Part shown: piece by piece, positions 11,806-25,566 of the stretch
Position numbering within the stretch: the first letter of the stretch is position 1
Layout of the letters: every line of letters starts with the position of its first letter
NCBI GenBank assembly: GCA_047495785.1
Contig: JBLDXI010000031.1
Span: 1,302,001-1,366,000 of the forward strand
Source of the DNA: Lepidodermella squamata
Taxonomy: Eukaryota; Animalia; Gastrotricha
Length of the DNA stretch: 64,000 nt
Reading direction: 5' to 3'
Program-made: the position numbers and the translations under genes
Notes under the pieces: model-generated
The model's input: only the letters and a program-made list of their open reading frames with translations
Databases searched by the model: none
What the model was told of the DNA's origin: nothing

Positions 11806-13401
11806 TTAAAATGGGTCACCTCATTCAACCTATACCTATCGATTGAACAGAAAACAGGAAATATGTCTGCACATATGTTTGCAAGGGGGTCCATAGCAGT
11901 AGCTGTGCATAGCTCATTCCATAGATGGTTGATTCAAAATCGTTGAGACCAAAACTTGACCCTGCGATTAACCCAGCTGAAACATTTTGAATTTTAGTGA
12001 AACACAACTCAAAAAGTCATATTATATATCTTTCCACGACTCGTTGAACTTTCTAAAAGCCTTCAAATACCAAAAGGATGGTTTGCAATATGGCCCGATG
12101 GGCTTATTGCTACCAGAAAGTCACGACAAAAAGAATTGTGAGTGTTGAAATTTGACTTGAAAGGTGGAACATCCAAAATTTTTGATTTTTCACCTTTGCA
12201 CGAATTTGGCGTATTTTTTTTTTAATTTTTACAGCTTGAACGAGCTTTCCTTATGAGGTTCAACTTAACTTTTTACCCTGAACACCCCAGAAGACCTAAA
12301 ATGAGGCAAATTTCCGAAATCCTTGGAGATGGGAAAAATTCGACAAAATTAAGTTTATTACCCACACAATTCCCAGTTTTATTAAAATGCACCGTGCCCA
12401 TGCCATTCGAACGGCAATGTGACGCGTTTTGGGTCGATGGAATTGTGAATAATTTATCTATCGAATGAGCTATGGCTCGTGGTCGCCGCATGCCCAGTTA
12501 CTGCTGAGGACCCCTTGCAAACATAAGTATGCGACACCCGATTCGATGCAATGCAAGATAAATCTAGATTATTTATCGCAGAATTATTGAGCAGTTAAAC
12601 GACAGAAATCATGTAATCTATAGATTAGTCCTAGGATTTTAATCGCGATTAATCTAATGTATTAATCAAATCGTTTGGATTAATCTGTTAATTAGATTAC
12701 GTAGTTTTGTCAGCTGCATAATTATGGATCTGACAAGAACTTGATGATTTTTTTAGCACAACTTGTGGGTGATTGTAACTGTTAATAAATAGCCTGAGGG
12801 CAGCTGTATTGAAAAGGAAGAGTTATATTCGCATTCATTTGTTCTAAAACATTGAGCTGTGGCTTTCATGAATACACCTGTAATATATTAAAACATCATG
12901 AATGGTCTCACGCGGTGCCAAAGTTTTATGTATATTTTTTTGTTATTTGTCAATGTGAAAGCCAATTGCTGTAGGAGAAGCCGTTAATAAGCTGCTGCTG
13001 AGTTGCCATCTTAAACTAAAAATGCATGTCGGTGTAATTCGAGGTTATAAGCGGACGCGTATAGAATTCACGAATACAATTCAAAGCTTTTCGCTGATCA
13101 GAATAAATCGATGAAATTGAAGTACTGGTATACTGCTTCGGCAAGTTCACACCGAGGAAAATTACACACCGCGGGTTTTCCGGTTTTTAGGAAGGAAATT
13201 AAACACCCTATCTATTCGATCATTCGATTATGATTCCATGAGTCGACTTGCTTCATATAATTGGAGCATAATATCGAAATTTCGTTTTGAAAGGGTTCAA
13301 GTCATAATAATATCAGCCTCTGGTGTTTTGCGGGTTCCAGAACGAAAGGTTAAAAATTATCAGACTCCAGAACCAGGTTTCTTTAAAGGATCTTCTTTTT
13401 A

Positions 13402-13759
13402 TAGCGGAACCAAATTATGAAATGGCCTGAAATCACTTGTCGGATATTTCTTGGGTCCTGCTTTTACCGGCGAAAATTGCCTGTTGCGGAACCAAATTTG
13501 GCCGGAAGCGGAACCACATTTTTAGTAATCAATTCGTCCAAAAAAATGGATTTTCCGAAATTTCTGAAAATTCCATATTAATTTGAAAAAATCTGAATTA
13601 ATGACCATAAAATTCTCCATGATTTTCAGTACAAAGCCAGTACAAAAAACACATCATCATGATTAAACAAATTTTTGGAAAATTGGCACTTCCTGATTAT
13701 TTGCGTTTGGCGCGAACTATTGAATTTTGGCTCCTTTACAGCCTATTTTGGTTCCGCTA
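13402..13759. repeat. Degenerate inverted-repeat element (probable old MITE)
   Basis: TAGCGGAACCAAA (13402-13414) is inverted as TTTGGTTCCGCTA (13747-13759), with internal direct copies of GCGGAACCA near 13487 and 13509. Confidence 0.45.
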
Positions 13760-14299
13760 AAAGATATTCTGTTAAGGTTGGCAACAATAATTATAAAAAA
13801 AATCACTATAAAATTCAGCTCAACATTCTGCGTATGACTTAATGTTCAATTCGAACTCATACTTTGCCTCTAATCCGTGGAATTATTCGAAAAAAGACTC
13901 GCGAAAGGTTTCGCAAATTTGGCTACGCTTTCCTTACGTGTGATTTTTTTAGTTTCATTTCTTCATTAAAACATAAAATTTATCCTGGCTGATGGATGTC
14001 AAATCTCATGCGTTCACATTTCCCGAAAAAAATGAAAAAACTTGACCGGAAAATACTTGGAAACCCTGATGCTGGTTCGGTGAAGCAAGATCTTATTCGC
14101 GTCGGAAAGTGTTATAATTGGTGAGGATTCAAATGTATTAGGATTCGAATTCGACCCCTTCTTACTGCATAAAAAATTGCGACTCGGAGGCCCTCAAAAA
14201 CAGCTCCTTGAACTCTTCGAAGGTTCCAAATTGTCCAAATTGTTTACCTCGGTCTAAAATCAAAACCTGTTAATTGCATTTTTATTGCGATTTCTAATT

Positions 14300-15238
14300 T
14301 TAAACAACAAATATTAGCGAAATCAACAACATTACAGCGACAAGGTGATTAGAAAAGCGATTGCGACGTGAATCGGCCATCAAATTGAACGGTTTATTGC
14401 GGTATTTCTCGGCGAATTCGCACTGCGAGCGGTAGCAGTTGGACAAATCCGTGGCGTAGCAGCGCGTCTGCGCCTTGTGCGTCTTCTGCTCGGCGCAGTT
14501 CTTCGTACAGCCCTGCTCCATCGTCGGCGATTCGTCCATCTGAAGCTCGTAATTGATACGCAACTGCGAACGAAAACTCGGAATTAGAAAACAACAACTT
14601 CAAAGTTTAAAATCCATCAAAACTTTAAAAAAAATTTAAAAATTTTAAATTTTGAAAAATTCAGACCATTTAGAATTTGCGAAAAGAAATTCCAGTAAAT
14701 TTAGAAACAGTTAATAATATCCCTCTTTCAGCGAAAATTGAATAATAATATCGGAATTGAAAAATCAATCACTTCGAAAAATCGAACAATTTTAAAATTT
14801 CAAAATTTAAGCTATTTATAGAGTTCGCAAAAAAAACCCAGTAAATACTTGAAAATTTAATCTCCCTCTTTTAGCTAAATTATGCATGTTTTCAGGGAAA
14901 GCGAGATTCGGATATTTATTTCGAATTTTTAAATATAATTCAATGAGGGTCAAATTAAGAGGGTAATCACCTCGTTGCCCTTGAATTTACTGAAATTTTT
15001 TACGAAATTTGAATTTCAAAGTAAAAGGATAGAAGATCAAAATACTATTAGTTTTCATTACCATGCAAAAAACTTCAAGAGCCGAGCAGTTGAAAATTAG
15101 CCGTGCCACGTTGCACGTTTTAGCGGTTCCAGAGCAGAAAAAGCATCGAACAGCCGCAGCTTCCGGTATCACCAGAATAGCGCCCGTCAACAGGCTGAGA
15201 AGAATGGCAACGTTAGAAGATTCACTACGGAAAATCAT
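14300..15238 (-). CDS. Ly6/uPAR (three-finger) GPI-anchored-type protein, about 146 aa, 2 exons
   Basis: Exons 15238-15062 and 14563-14300 join in phase 0. There is a signal peptide ending ...AAAVRCFFC, LU-type Cys spacing (CxxC...C...C...C...GCxxxC...C) and a hydrophobic C-terminal tail. Confidence 0.72.
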
Positions 15239-16769
15239 TGCTATTCAAGTTCGACTTTCAGTCGAAAATCAGCTCGTTAAACCACTTTTGTCCTGAACAA
15301 AGAGGTTTCGCGCCTTTCTTTTGTTATGAGATTTAATTACTAATTAGCCATCGAGTGCGGACACTACCCTGTTATTAGCTCCGAATTAAAAGGCGCCTAC
15401 AAAAGTCTCATAAAATTATTGGAAATAAGAGGAGTTCTGTTTGTTGCTACATATAACTTTCAAGCTGAAATACCTAATTTAAAATCGAAATTTCTTGATA
15501 ATTAATTTTGATTTTTTTCAAATTGAAATTCCGCATTATTTCAACGTTTTGCTGAATTCTCAAGGAAAAAAATGCGATTAATTTGATTGATTATTCTTCC
15601 ATGCCGAGTGATTGAATTAATAAATTGGAATAGGTATAAATAAGAATTAGAAATTATTTTCTGTCATCGTTTCGGTTTTTCAATCCATTTTTGTCGCAAT
15701 CAAGGAGAGAACACCACCTGCTGCGCACGCCAAATGAGCCTAAATTGGCGCTTCAAAAGCGCGCGACATGACGCAGCGCGTTTGACTGCCGCCACCTATG
15801 TGCCTCGCCATAAATTACAGAAAGTCCCCATTAATTTTAATTAAACGGTATTAAAACGCCGTCGTTTAAGTGAAATCAAAGGCACATCACTTTAATTACA
15901 AGTCATTTCACATTTCACCGTTTTCGTCGTTGCGAAGGAGCCGGAATAAAAGATGTCTGGATTTAAGTAAATGGCTGTAATAATATCAGCGGAAAAAAGG
16001 CGCCAGAAAAAAACCACGCAGTGTTTACCTGCAATTTTTGACCTATTGACATCACGCTATATCAAATGAGAACGGTCGATTCAAGTGGAAATATAAAAGA
16101 TAAAAAAATCAGCATTCAGCTTTTGTGCGCGCGTAATAAAAATAAAATGAGGTCATTTTAGTGTGCGCGCGCACAATTATTTTTAAGGCGGAATTTTTTT
16201 TCATTTGATACGCGCGCGCGCGATTGAATGTTATTTTTTCTACGCAGTTATTACTTGACTTGCGGTGGCATGAATAAAAAAACTCCGCGCACTTAACACC
16301 GGTGCATAACACAGCAAAATGGCGTTCATCCTTTCATCACCCCAGGTAACAGGGTGTCTCAATGAACGAAAAAATGTCTCCTCTTTTTCGGTGCGTGCAT
16401 GGCAGAAAAACAAGATTTTTTTTCACCGCCGATTATATATTTTTTCGAGATAAAAATTGAAGAGCATCATCGCAGCAGCTGTGTAGGTATCCCTGCAAAT
16501 TTTTCTTCACACCTCGGGCGGTTTTTACAAATTACACCAGCGGCATGAAAAGTGACATTGTTATATCTGAAAGTAAGTTGGATGAATAAACCTTTGAAAA
16601 ATCGCTTCTCACCTCGTAGTAATTCACGCGTAGATAAATTAGCGAGTGTCCTCTGATGTGTTGCCTATATAGGAGAGTGTCGTGATTTTATTTTCATTAA
16701 AAAACGCAGAGAAAGAGCAACTTTTTTTGTGTTATTTACTTTTTAAAACCAAAAATATCTCTATATTCA

Positions 16770-19700
16770 ATGGCCGCGTCGTCGCGTCGTAACAACGCGT
16801 ATCAGTTGACACAAATTGCGGCGACTAGTGCGACTTTTCGAGGACTTGACAACGACCCGTGCCATCAATTGAACGCGACCGCGGCCATTGTCGCCGCTCA
16901 CCAGGCTCTATTGCACCCTAATCATAACGCATCATCGCCTAACTTGAGCCACCCTAATAATTCATCTACCATTAGCTCTCATCACGCGCCTGTAGCTGCC
17001 AGCCCTGGCAATTTGAAGCAACAGACCATGCAAGCTTCGATGACCGACCATCAGCAACACGTGTTAATTCCGCACCCGCCGAATCATGGTACAACAACCA
17101 TTCCTACCCTTAATATTAATATTAATATTAGTAGCAGTAGTACCAGTGATATTATTATTTCAAAATTTTCGAAATGGAATTATTTCCAGCCAAGAAATTA
17201 TACCCTATTCTCACCTAATAATACTGTATTTAAAAAACCTGTTTTGCCTTGTTCACATATTAATCACCCTGCTGCTGCTCGCCGTGGTGGTGGTCTTCGA
17301 AAATCGTCGTTGAAAATCGGCTCAGCTAAGCCGTCGTCGGTCTCGAACACGAGCTTCGCCTCGCCGTTGAACAACAGCACGACGCCGAAAGCGGCGCTCG
17401 GTGGCGCTAATAATGCGAATAATCCGGCCAAGCGTGTCACCGGTAAATAATACCGTAACTTTATATAGAGTAGGGTGTCACAATTTTTAGCATCGCGCAT
17501 AATTAAAGTCGTGAATTTTTTATTGCTCGGAAATCATGTCCTTAACCAGGTTGAAATGGTCAACCTCTGAATATTTTTATTTAAGGGTCATAGTTGAAAA
17601 TTGACCCACTTTTAGTTCAATTTGAGGCTTTTACGGTCATATCAAAAGGTGCCCAACAATTTTTCCCCAATTTTTTTTATAAAATATTTGTTGAGAAATT
17701 TGCTACTGATAGCATATTGTGTCCCTAGTTTCGATTATATCCAAGAAAATTGAAATTTACGAAGAAAACCAGAAAAACCAGATTTGAAGCGTTTCGGTAA
17801 TTATCGCTATTTTATCTTGATTTTTTTATGCCATTTGATTTCCCGCACTTTTCTTACTAGGATCCTAGCCTTGATAATTGAACTTCACTCGGGGTATATT
17901 TTGCGATAGAAATTGCAATTTTCTTCTTCGCTTTGGATTTGCTTCATATAACAAGCTCTCCAAAAACGGTCAGATTTTCGAAAATTTCTAATTAATTTCT
18001 TCTCGCTAGAGTAAATTTTGCGCTGCGCGACGGGACTTCAAAGGCAAATTTTTGAAACTATCTCGGCTTTTAGACAACAATATATTTTATACTCGAATCC
18101 ACGTTAATTGAATAGGTGTACTAGTTTCGAAAATTTAATTGGGAAAAATGCACTTGAAATGAGCGCGCAATTTGAGTTTGCAAATTTCTTTCCTAATTCG
18201 TTTTCCAAACGAGGAATTCATATTTAATCGGCGGAGAATCGCTTATATTTTAAGTTGCCCTGAAAACCGACAATATTTTGTAAAGGTCACCTTTGAAGAG
18301 AAGCGCGCGACTTTCCAGCCAATATCGCGGTTTTGAATATTATTTTTTTAATTTTTCATCGAAAGATTCTAACCACAACTCGTAACCCTTTTGTGAAACA
18401 TAAAATCTAACCCGATTTGCATTTTAATTTCCTGTCATTTAATTGCATGAGAATCGCGCACCCCTGAGCATGATACCTAAATCAATTATTTTGTGAAATA
18501 TTGGCGACAGAGGACACTCAAGTTTAGGGGTCTCGTAAAAAAATTATCCAATTCATAATTATAATATTTTGTTTTATTTTGTTTTCCTTTTTTTCCAAAC
18601 AACTTTAGAGTACAAAATCATAGCCAAGATCGGCTCAGGAACGTTTTCTGAGGTCTACAAATGCCGGCGAATAACCGACGACATAATGTGGGCGTGCAAA
18701 GTGCTCAAGAAGAAATACGCCGAGTGAGTTGACACAAATAAATTGAGATCATAACAATAATTTTTTCAATTAATATAAAAAACAGCGAAAACCACGTCAA
18801 CAAACTGCGCGAAGTTCAAGCCCTGCGACGGCTCAACCCGCATCCGAACATTTTGAAGCTCGAAGAACTTATTTTGTAAGATTTTTTTATCTAGGTCAAC
18901 ATTATTATGATCTCGGCGTTGTGAGGTCATGAGGCGATGACCTAGGCGATGAGAGGTCATCATCATCACCTGACCCATCTAGGTCACCCTCTTCATCATC
19001 ATCGTCATCAATATCGATATCGTCGTTATTTTCGTTGAATTTATTCGACGCCAAAATCGCGGCTAATTGCGATGATTGATTATTAGGCGACTTATTCTGG
19101 CCACCCTGCGCTAACAGGGTGAGTAAGGCCGCTGTGGTAGCGCCGGAGTTAGCCTGCCCGCCGGTCGCTGGGTTCAGCAGCAGGCTGTTGAACATGGCCA
19201 TGTGCTTTTGCGCGTCCTCCGGGCTGCAGCCGCCCTCGCCGCCCGGGTTGAACAGGCAGCGCGTGCACAGCGCTGAGGCGGCCTCGGCGGCGAGGCGTTT
19301 CGCGCCCGGGCAGTCCTTGTCGTCGCATATGTGGTGGCGCATCTGCTCGGCACGCACCGACGGCGGCGTTTGACGCTTCCATTTCGTACGACGGTTCTGG
19401 TACCACGTCTTCACCTGTGTTTCGTTCAGGCCCAAATAGTTCGCAATTTCGGCCCTATTTAAATAAGAAGGACAAACAAATTAAGAGTGACTCAATGAAA
19501 AAAGGAATTTTCGCGAATTTGTCTCCATATTAATTTAATTATTCCTGAATTTCCAAAATTATTTTGCAAAATAATGGAATTTTAACGAATTTTCAATTTC
19601 ATTTTAAACTGAATTTGCGAAATATTGCCAGATTTTATAAACATTTTTAGGAATTTTCAAAAAATTGAAAACTTCTAAATCTACATATTTTAGTTTCGGG

Positions 19701-22700
19701 ATGTTCCAAGTGGACACCCTAAAGTTGAGGCTCCAGCGCTAGATTACCCAGAATTAGGTTTTCAGCTTTACTTCAGCTTGAGCAGCCGTTATCGATTCCA
19801 AGTATCGATTTTACAAATCAGTGATTTTTCCGATATCCCCAATAGTGGAAGCTATAATTGAGCTTTTTTCTGATACTAGGTTGCTAAATAACCTAATATA
19901 ACTGGACTGAAAATCTTTTTCAGATAATATTTTCCCATTCCTTCCCATTCGTTCTACCCAGAAAAAACCTTTAATTTTCGAATTTTCTAAATAATACTTG
20001 AATATTCTTGACTTGGATACCGAGTCCGCATTATCCTTGATTATTCTGGTTTTTTTCGAATTTTTCGAAAATTTGAAACGAACCTGTCAGCGACTGATAG
20101 GTATTTTTGGCACTTGAACCGCCTCTCTAGCATCTGCAACTGGCCCTGGGTGAAGGCCGTTCGCCGTCGCCGCGGCTTTTTATGCACCAAACTGCAAGTC
20201 GCCGAATTGTGGCCCATTGTCGAGCAATTGCCGTGATGATGGCCATGCCCGTGACCGTGACCGTGACTGCTCGAAGAAATCGTCGAACTGCTCGATGGGC
20301 TGGTCGTGATAGCTCCGTTATTACCCGCCGTTCCACCCTGCTGCTGATTCATAGCTATCGCATTAGCGAGAAAAGCTTGTAGGGAATTCGCCAAGTTGGC
20401 ATTTGCTGGGAGAATCTGACTAGGATTAGTCACCCTATTCAGGTGATCGATGGGCGATTTTAGCAATAGTTGCTGCTGCTGTTGCTGTTGCTGCTGATGG
20501 TGGTTGACGAGATTGAACTGCTCTTGTTGCGATAGAACTTCCTTTATCAGGTCCCGGATGAGAAAGGACATTTGGGGTTAAAACCAATTTAAATTTTCTG
20601 AAATTTAAAAATTTCAAGAAATTTGAAAATTTTTCAAATTAAAATTGGCATCCTTGAATTTCGCCAATCAATTACATTAAAGCAATATAATATTTATGGA
20701 TAATCGGAAAAGTGAAATTAGAAAGTATCTGAAATTTCGTAGGAAATAATTCAAAATTTCTAGATCTTGGTAAGATTTGAAAAGACGTTCTCATATCGGT
20801 GAGGCGAATTTTTAAAGTGATTGAGCGATCTAATGATGGCGATGATGATGATGAGATCTAATAATAAACGCCGGCGTTTGACTGATTTTGATGCGCGTTT
20901 GATCTAATAAAACATATCGGCGTTGCGCGCATCAAGCGCGTAATTACAGGCTAGATGAGCGCGCGCGCGCACGCACAAAACATGTGCGGCGTCACTTGAT
21001 TTTCGCCAAAATTGTCAACATATTCGCCTTATGTTATTCGCTGATAACTTATTACAACATATAGGTACCTATTTTCGGGCGTTATTATCCCCGCCGCGCA
21101 TTGCCCTCCACTTTGCGGCGCACAATATATTTGCGCGCAAATTGAGCGCGAAAATGCGCGCGCGCGCTCATATTCGCTCGCTAGACATCACGGCAGTTTA
21201 TACCTGCTGCTGCTGCTAAGCTTCCGCGCGGTGTATCTCCGGCTATACCTATCAATTTGCGCGACTCAATTTGGTGCCAACTCATCGCCCTAGGCGCCGC
21301 GTGTTTTATCCATATTGTTCAACTTGTCGAGCGGTAATAATGCGATTTTCGAACGTTATTCGCCAATGTAAATTCGGCAATCAGCCGCTATCAATCAATT
21401 AAGCGCACTATCTATTACGGCTGTAATATGGGCGGGGGACCTCGTGATATCAAATCGGCGCCCTCCTCGTTTCGAAAACAGATTTGCCCACCTATTTTGG
21501 CGTCTGATTGCGTTATTTATTACTGTGATGCTATTTCGAACCACTCAAGCGTCGGTAATTTTGGGGTTATCAAAACTAACAAGTTCACAAAATTGCTCAG
21601 GCTCATAAAAATAAGAGTGATAAATCGAACGAAAATTGAAAATATGAAGAACTCGAAAATTTCTAATAGTTTTCGTTTTTTTTTACAGCGATCCGCAGAA
21701 TGGCCGGCTAATTCTGATATGCGAGCTGATGGACATGAATTTGTACGAATTCATTAAAAGTAATTTCTTACACTTTTTTCTAAGTAGGTATTCGAGAGGT
21801 TGGAAATTAATTTGGAAATTTTTACAAAATTTTTACAAAATTATTTTGAGAATATTCATGAAGGGAAACAAGTAAAGTCTAATAGGAATGCTGAATAATT
21901 TTTTGTATATTTTTCACTGTTCTTGTTGTATTTTTCAAGGCTGCAACAAGTCACGTCTTTCGGAGGCTAAAATTCGCGAAATTATGTACCAGATCGTGAA
22001 GGCCGTCCAGCACATGCACTCGTCGGGCATTTTTCACCGCGACATCAAACCGGAGAATATTCTCGTAAAAACCGGCACATCCGTCTCGCACCCGGACCGC
22101 CTCGAGGTGAAGCTGGCTGATTTCGGCTCGTGCAAAGGCATATTCTCGCGGCACCCCTACACCGAGTACATATCGACTAGGTGGTACCGAGCTCCAGAGT
22201 GCCTACTAACTGATGGCTATTATTCATACCCGATGGACGTATGGAGTATAGGATGCGTCTTCTTTGAAACTACAACGTATGTCCCAAAAGATGTCTCAAA
22301 ATCTAATTATTCAAATTTATTCACAAATTGAAATTTTAATTACGATTTTTTGAAATTTTTGAAATTGCTCACATTTTGAATGAAATTCCGATTTTCAGTT
22401 TTCGTCCTCTTTTCCCCGGCTCAAACGAACTCGATCAAATAAACAAAATTCACGAGCTTCTCGGCACGCCGTCGGCCGAGCTGTTGTACAAATTCAAAAA
22501 ATCCCGCGCCCTCAGCTTCGAATTCCCGAAATACGAAGCTATCGATATGGCGAAATCGTTCGCCAACGACTTCACAACTGTCGGCCTTGACCTGCTGCGA
22601 AAATTGCTGACCTATGACCCAGATGCGCGCATTTCAGCGAAAGAGGCCCTTCAGCACCCGTTTTTGATCGAAGCCGCCCAGGCGGATAAAAGTGCGCCCG

Positions 22701-25090
22701 GCAATGAGAAGCAGAAGCTAATTATCACTCAGAGCAAGGTGCCACCGTTGGTTCCAGCGCCTGGAGGCCAGAAAATCGACGTTGTACAGGTGAGAAACAA
22801 TTCAAAATTCTGGAATATTTTAATACAATTTTAATTTCAAATATTTCAAAGAATTTTCATTTTTTTTTAATTTTTCAATTACTTTTTTAAAATTTAATAA
22901 AATTTTCAATTTTTTTATTTCCAATGATTTTTCTTGATAATTCTGTTACTTGAAAGGTGTCTAACGCTAATGGGACGAAGTTGGCTGTAGCTACCCAAGC
23001 AGCGCCCAGTGACACCAAGCACCTGCACCCTGTTGAGCAGACGAAACAGGGCGAGTTGGAGGAGGCGAAAGATTTGCCCCTCAAATCGCAGGTCAAAGTA
23101 TTCATCAACAAGTCATCGCTCAATGCGGCCGCCAACACCAATAACAGCAACGACTCATCGACGTCATCGTCGCCCTCTGTCACGCACCCTAACAACCAGG
23201 GTGTCCAGAGCATTGTTATCAACAGCAAAAAGGGCAAATCGCTGTCGACTGTTGCCGAATTAGCTGGAGGCGGTGGGGGTGGCGCGGATGGGCGGAGTTC
23301 GATCAGCAAAGACGCATCACCGGTGCCTTCTAAACCAGTCGTTAAAAAGTTTGTTTCTGATAAATAGCGATGCCCCTGTTAGCTTGAAATTCGATTAAAT
23401 TTTGTAAAGAAAATTTCCCAATAGTGCTGTTTTATATTTTTTTGGAATTTGTCAATATTTCAAGCGATCGATTATCGATTATCGGTTATCGGTTCCTGTA
23501 ATTCGGTAAAAATGATTGAACGCCGGGGCGATTTTCACGAATTATTCATGGAACATCGAACTTGACAAAAATCTCAGTAATATCGATTATCGATTATCGA
23601 TCTATATCCAATCAATCAATAATAAATATTAAAAATATTGTTGCCTGGTGTTTCAAGTTGCGAAGTTGGAAAAATATTCATCAGCTCAAAAAATGTCCTC
23701 TTTTTCTCGAAAATCGATAAAACTCTTTGGTTGAAAGCTGAATACTGAGAGATTCCCTCTAAAATTTCGTATCACTTGGCATTTTACCTGATTTGTATTT
23801 TTGCCTATCAGGTCATTAATGGATCTTGTCGAAGCTGAAATAGCGCCCGAAGCCAAGCTTGATAAGCACCACAGCAATGCGTCACCCGTACAGGGTGCCG
23901 CGACTGGGTCACGCTACTCGCTGCCGCAGGAGTCTTACGAAGAGGCCAAGGCGCTCATCCTGCAAAGCCTGCACCAGCGCCAGCAAACGAAACGGCACAA
24001 CAGTTTGATCTGGAAAAAGTTCTACAACCACAACGAGTCGGTGCCGCATGATGGTCATAACAGCAAGGAGCCGGTTAGCGGGTCGCCCCAACCGCATCGG
24101 GAGAGCAAGAAGCGATCGGAAGCTGCTCCGGTCACCCTGTCGATTGCCGAGTCGAGCGGGGCGCCGGCTGGTGGCCAATCTATGGCGTCGATGGCGCTGT
24201 TTAAGGAGCTATTTTCGACCGATGTTGGCACAGGGAAGGCCGCTAATTTAGGCGGACGGCGGAGCAAAGAACTCGTACTGGACGTTTACAAAAAGGTTTG
24301 TCCCAAAATGTCCCAAATTTCACACCAAGTCCGAAATAATCAAGCTTGCTAAAAATTTGACGACATTTCAATTTGAGCGTTTGAGAAAATGAACATTTCT
24401 TTCGAGCGTGAAAAGTAGAATTTTGAAAATTCCAAAAAAATGAAAAACTTCGCAATTAAAAGTTTTTTCAAAGTCGGATTTTCGAAAATGTTCCAAATGT
24501 TCGAGCTCCAGAAATGTCTCAAAAAATCCAATAAAATTTCGAATTTGAGTGAATTTCAAAAAAAATTAAATTTAAATTTCAAAATAATTATTAAAATTAT
24601 TAAAATTATTAAAATTATTTAATTTTTTCAGCCATTGGGGAAGTACAACGACCGGCAGTCGTTGCCGAAAATTCAAGAAAATCTGTCGTGGCTGACGGGC
24701 GGTTCTACGACGACGCAGGCCGGAACTTCGCACCACATCAGCGGCGCTGGCTCGCCGTCCCACCACCACTTTGTCATCGCTAGCGACCACGCCTCGCCGG
24801 CCGGATCGCTCTCGCCGCAGTTCGGCACTGGTGCTGGTGCCGGCGTCTCGAATCGCAAGTCCAGTAATCACCTTGTGCATATACCAGCTTCTGTCGCCGA
24901 GGTAAGCAATTATAGCTAATAAATAAAAAAATTATTTATTAACTAATTATCGAAAAATAAATTAATTAAGAATTTAGTAAAAAATCAGATTACATTTTTT
25001 AATTAATTAAATTCGAAAAATATTTTATTAACTAATTTATAATCCCAATTTTTTTTTGTTTAGAAGTCCGAAAAGTCGAATGTAAAGTGA
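16770..25090 (+). CDS. MOK: MAPK/MAK/MRK overlapping kinase (RCK family), about 949 aa, 10 exons
   Basis: Exons: 16770-17442, 18609-18723, 18786-18875, 21689-21759, 21940-22276, 22399-22789, 22957-23348, 23812-24295, 24632-24901, 25064-25090. Motifs: [76 protein letters not shown] (TEY activation loop). The terminal exons are less certain than the kinase core. Confidence 0.9.
18905..20571 (-). CDS. NKL-class Bar-related homeobox transcription factor (Bari-like), about 345 aa, nested antisense in MOK intron 3
   Basis: Exons 20571-20084 and 19454-18905 join in phase 2. There is an N-terminal eh1 motif SFLIRDLI and a polyQ tract. The homeodomain is [66 protein letters not shown] is Bar-type, and RRRRTAF...[10 protein letters not shown] is typical of Bari. 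Confidence 0.9.
23464..23602. repeat. Two short clusters of 7-bp ATCGATT/ATCGGTT tandem units in a MOK intron
   Basis: gatcgattatcgattatcggttatcggtt is at about 23466-23493 and tatcgattatcgattatcgat at about 23581-23601. Confidence 0.55.
24584..24620. repeat. 9-bp tandem repeat (AATTATTAA), about 4 copies, in a MOK intron
   Basis: The sequence reads ataattattaaaattattaaaattattaaaattattt. Confidence 0.7.
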
Positions 25091-25566
25091 AATAGCGAAA
25101 CGAGCCACGTAATTATAACTTCCTACTCAACCCGATTTCACACCTGTCACATGTTTCGGCCCGGTTTCCGTCCGATATATTTTTCTATTTTTCGATAACA
25201 TAGAAAGACTCAGTATCTGTGATTCATTCGCTAATAGTGCCGGTTATAAGCTTGTTTTCTCGAAAAAACTCGGTATAATATTGATATGAACATTTTTTTG
25301 TAATTTTTATTGCTTCCAATAATTAACTGACTGGTTATACCGTAAACTGCTTGTAAATAATTTGATGCATTTTCGCCTGAAACTATGACGGTTATTCGAG
25401 CGAGAGTCGATACATTCTACATTTCGAAATTTTTATAATAAATCATGAAAATTGATAAAAATCTCAAAATGATATGACAGCTCTAAACACGGTAAGAATT
25501 AACAAAAAACTGTCCATAGTCTGAGAAAAAAATGTTTTAAAAATGTTCCAATAGTTTTTGAATTAT

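Noticed and set aside
14971-14989. Possible 19-nt micro-exon (TTTCAG...GTGATT, minus strand) in the Ly6 intron
   Set aside because: In phase 0 it starts with TAA and it breaks the frame. It could only be a poison exon, and nothing supports that.
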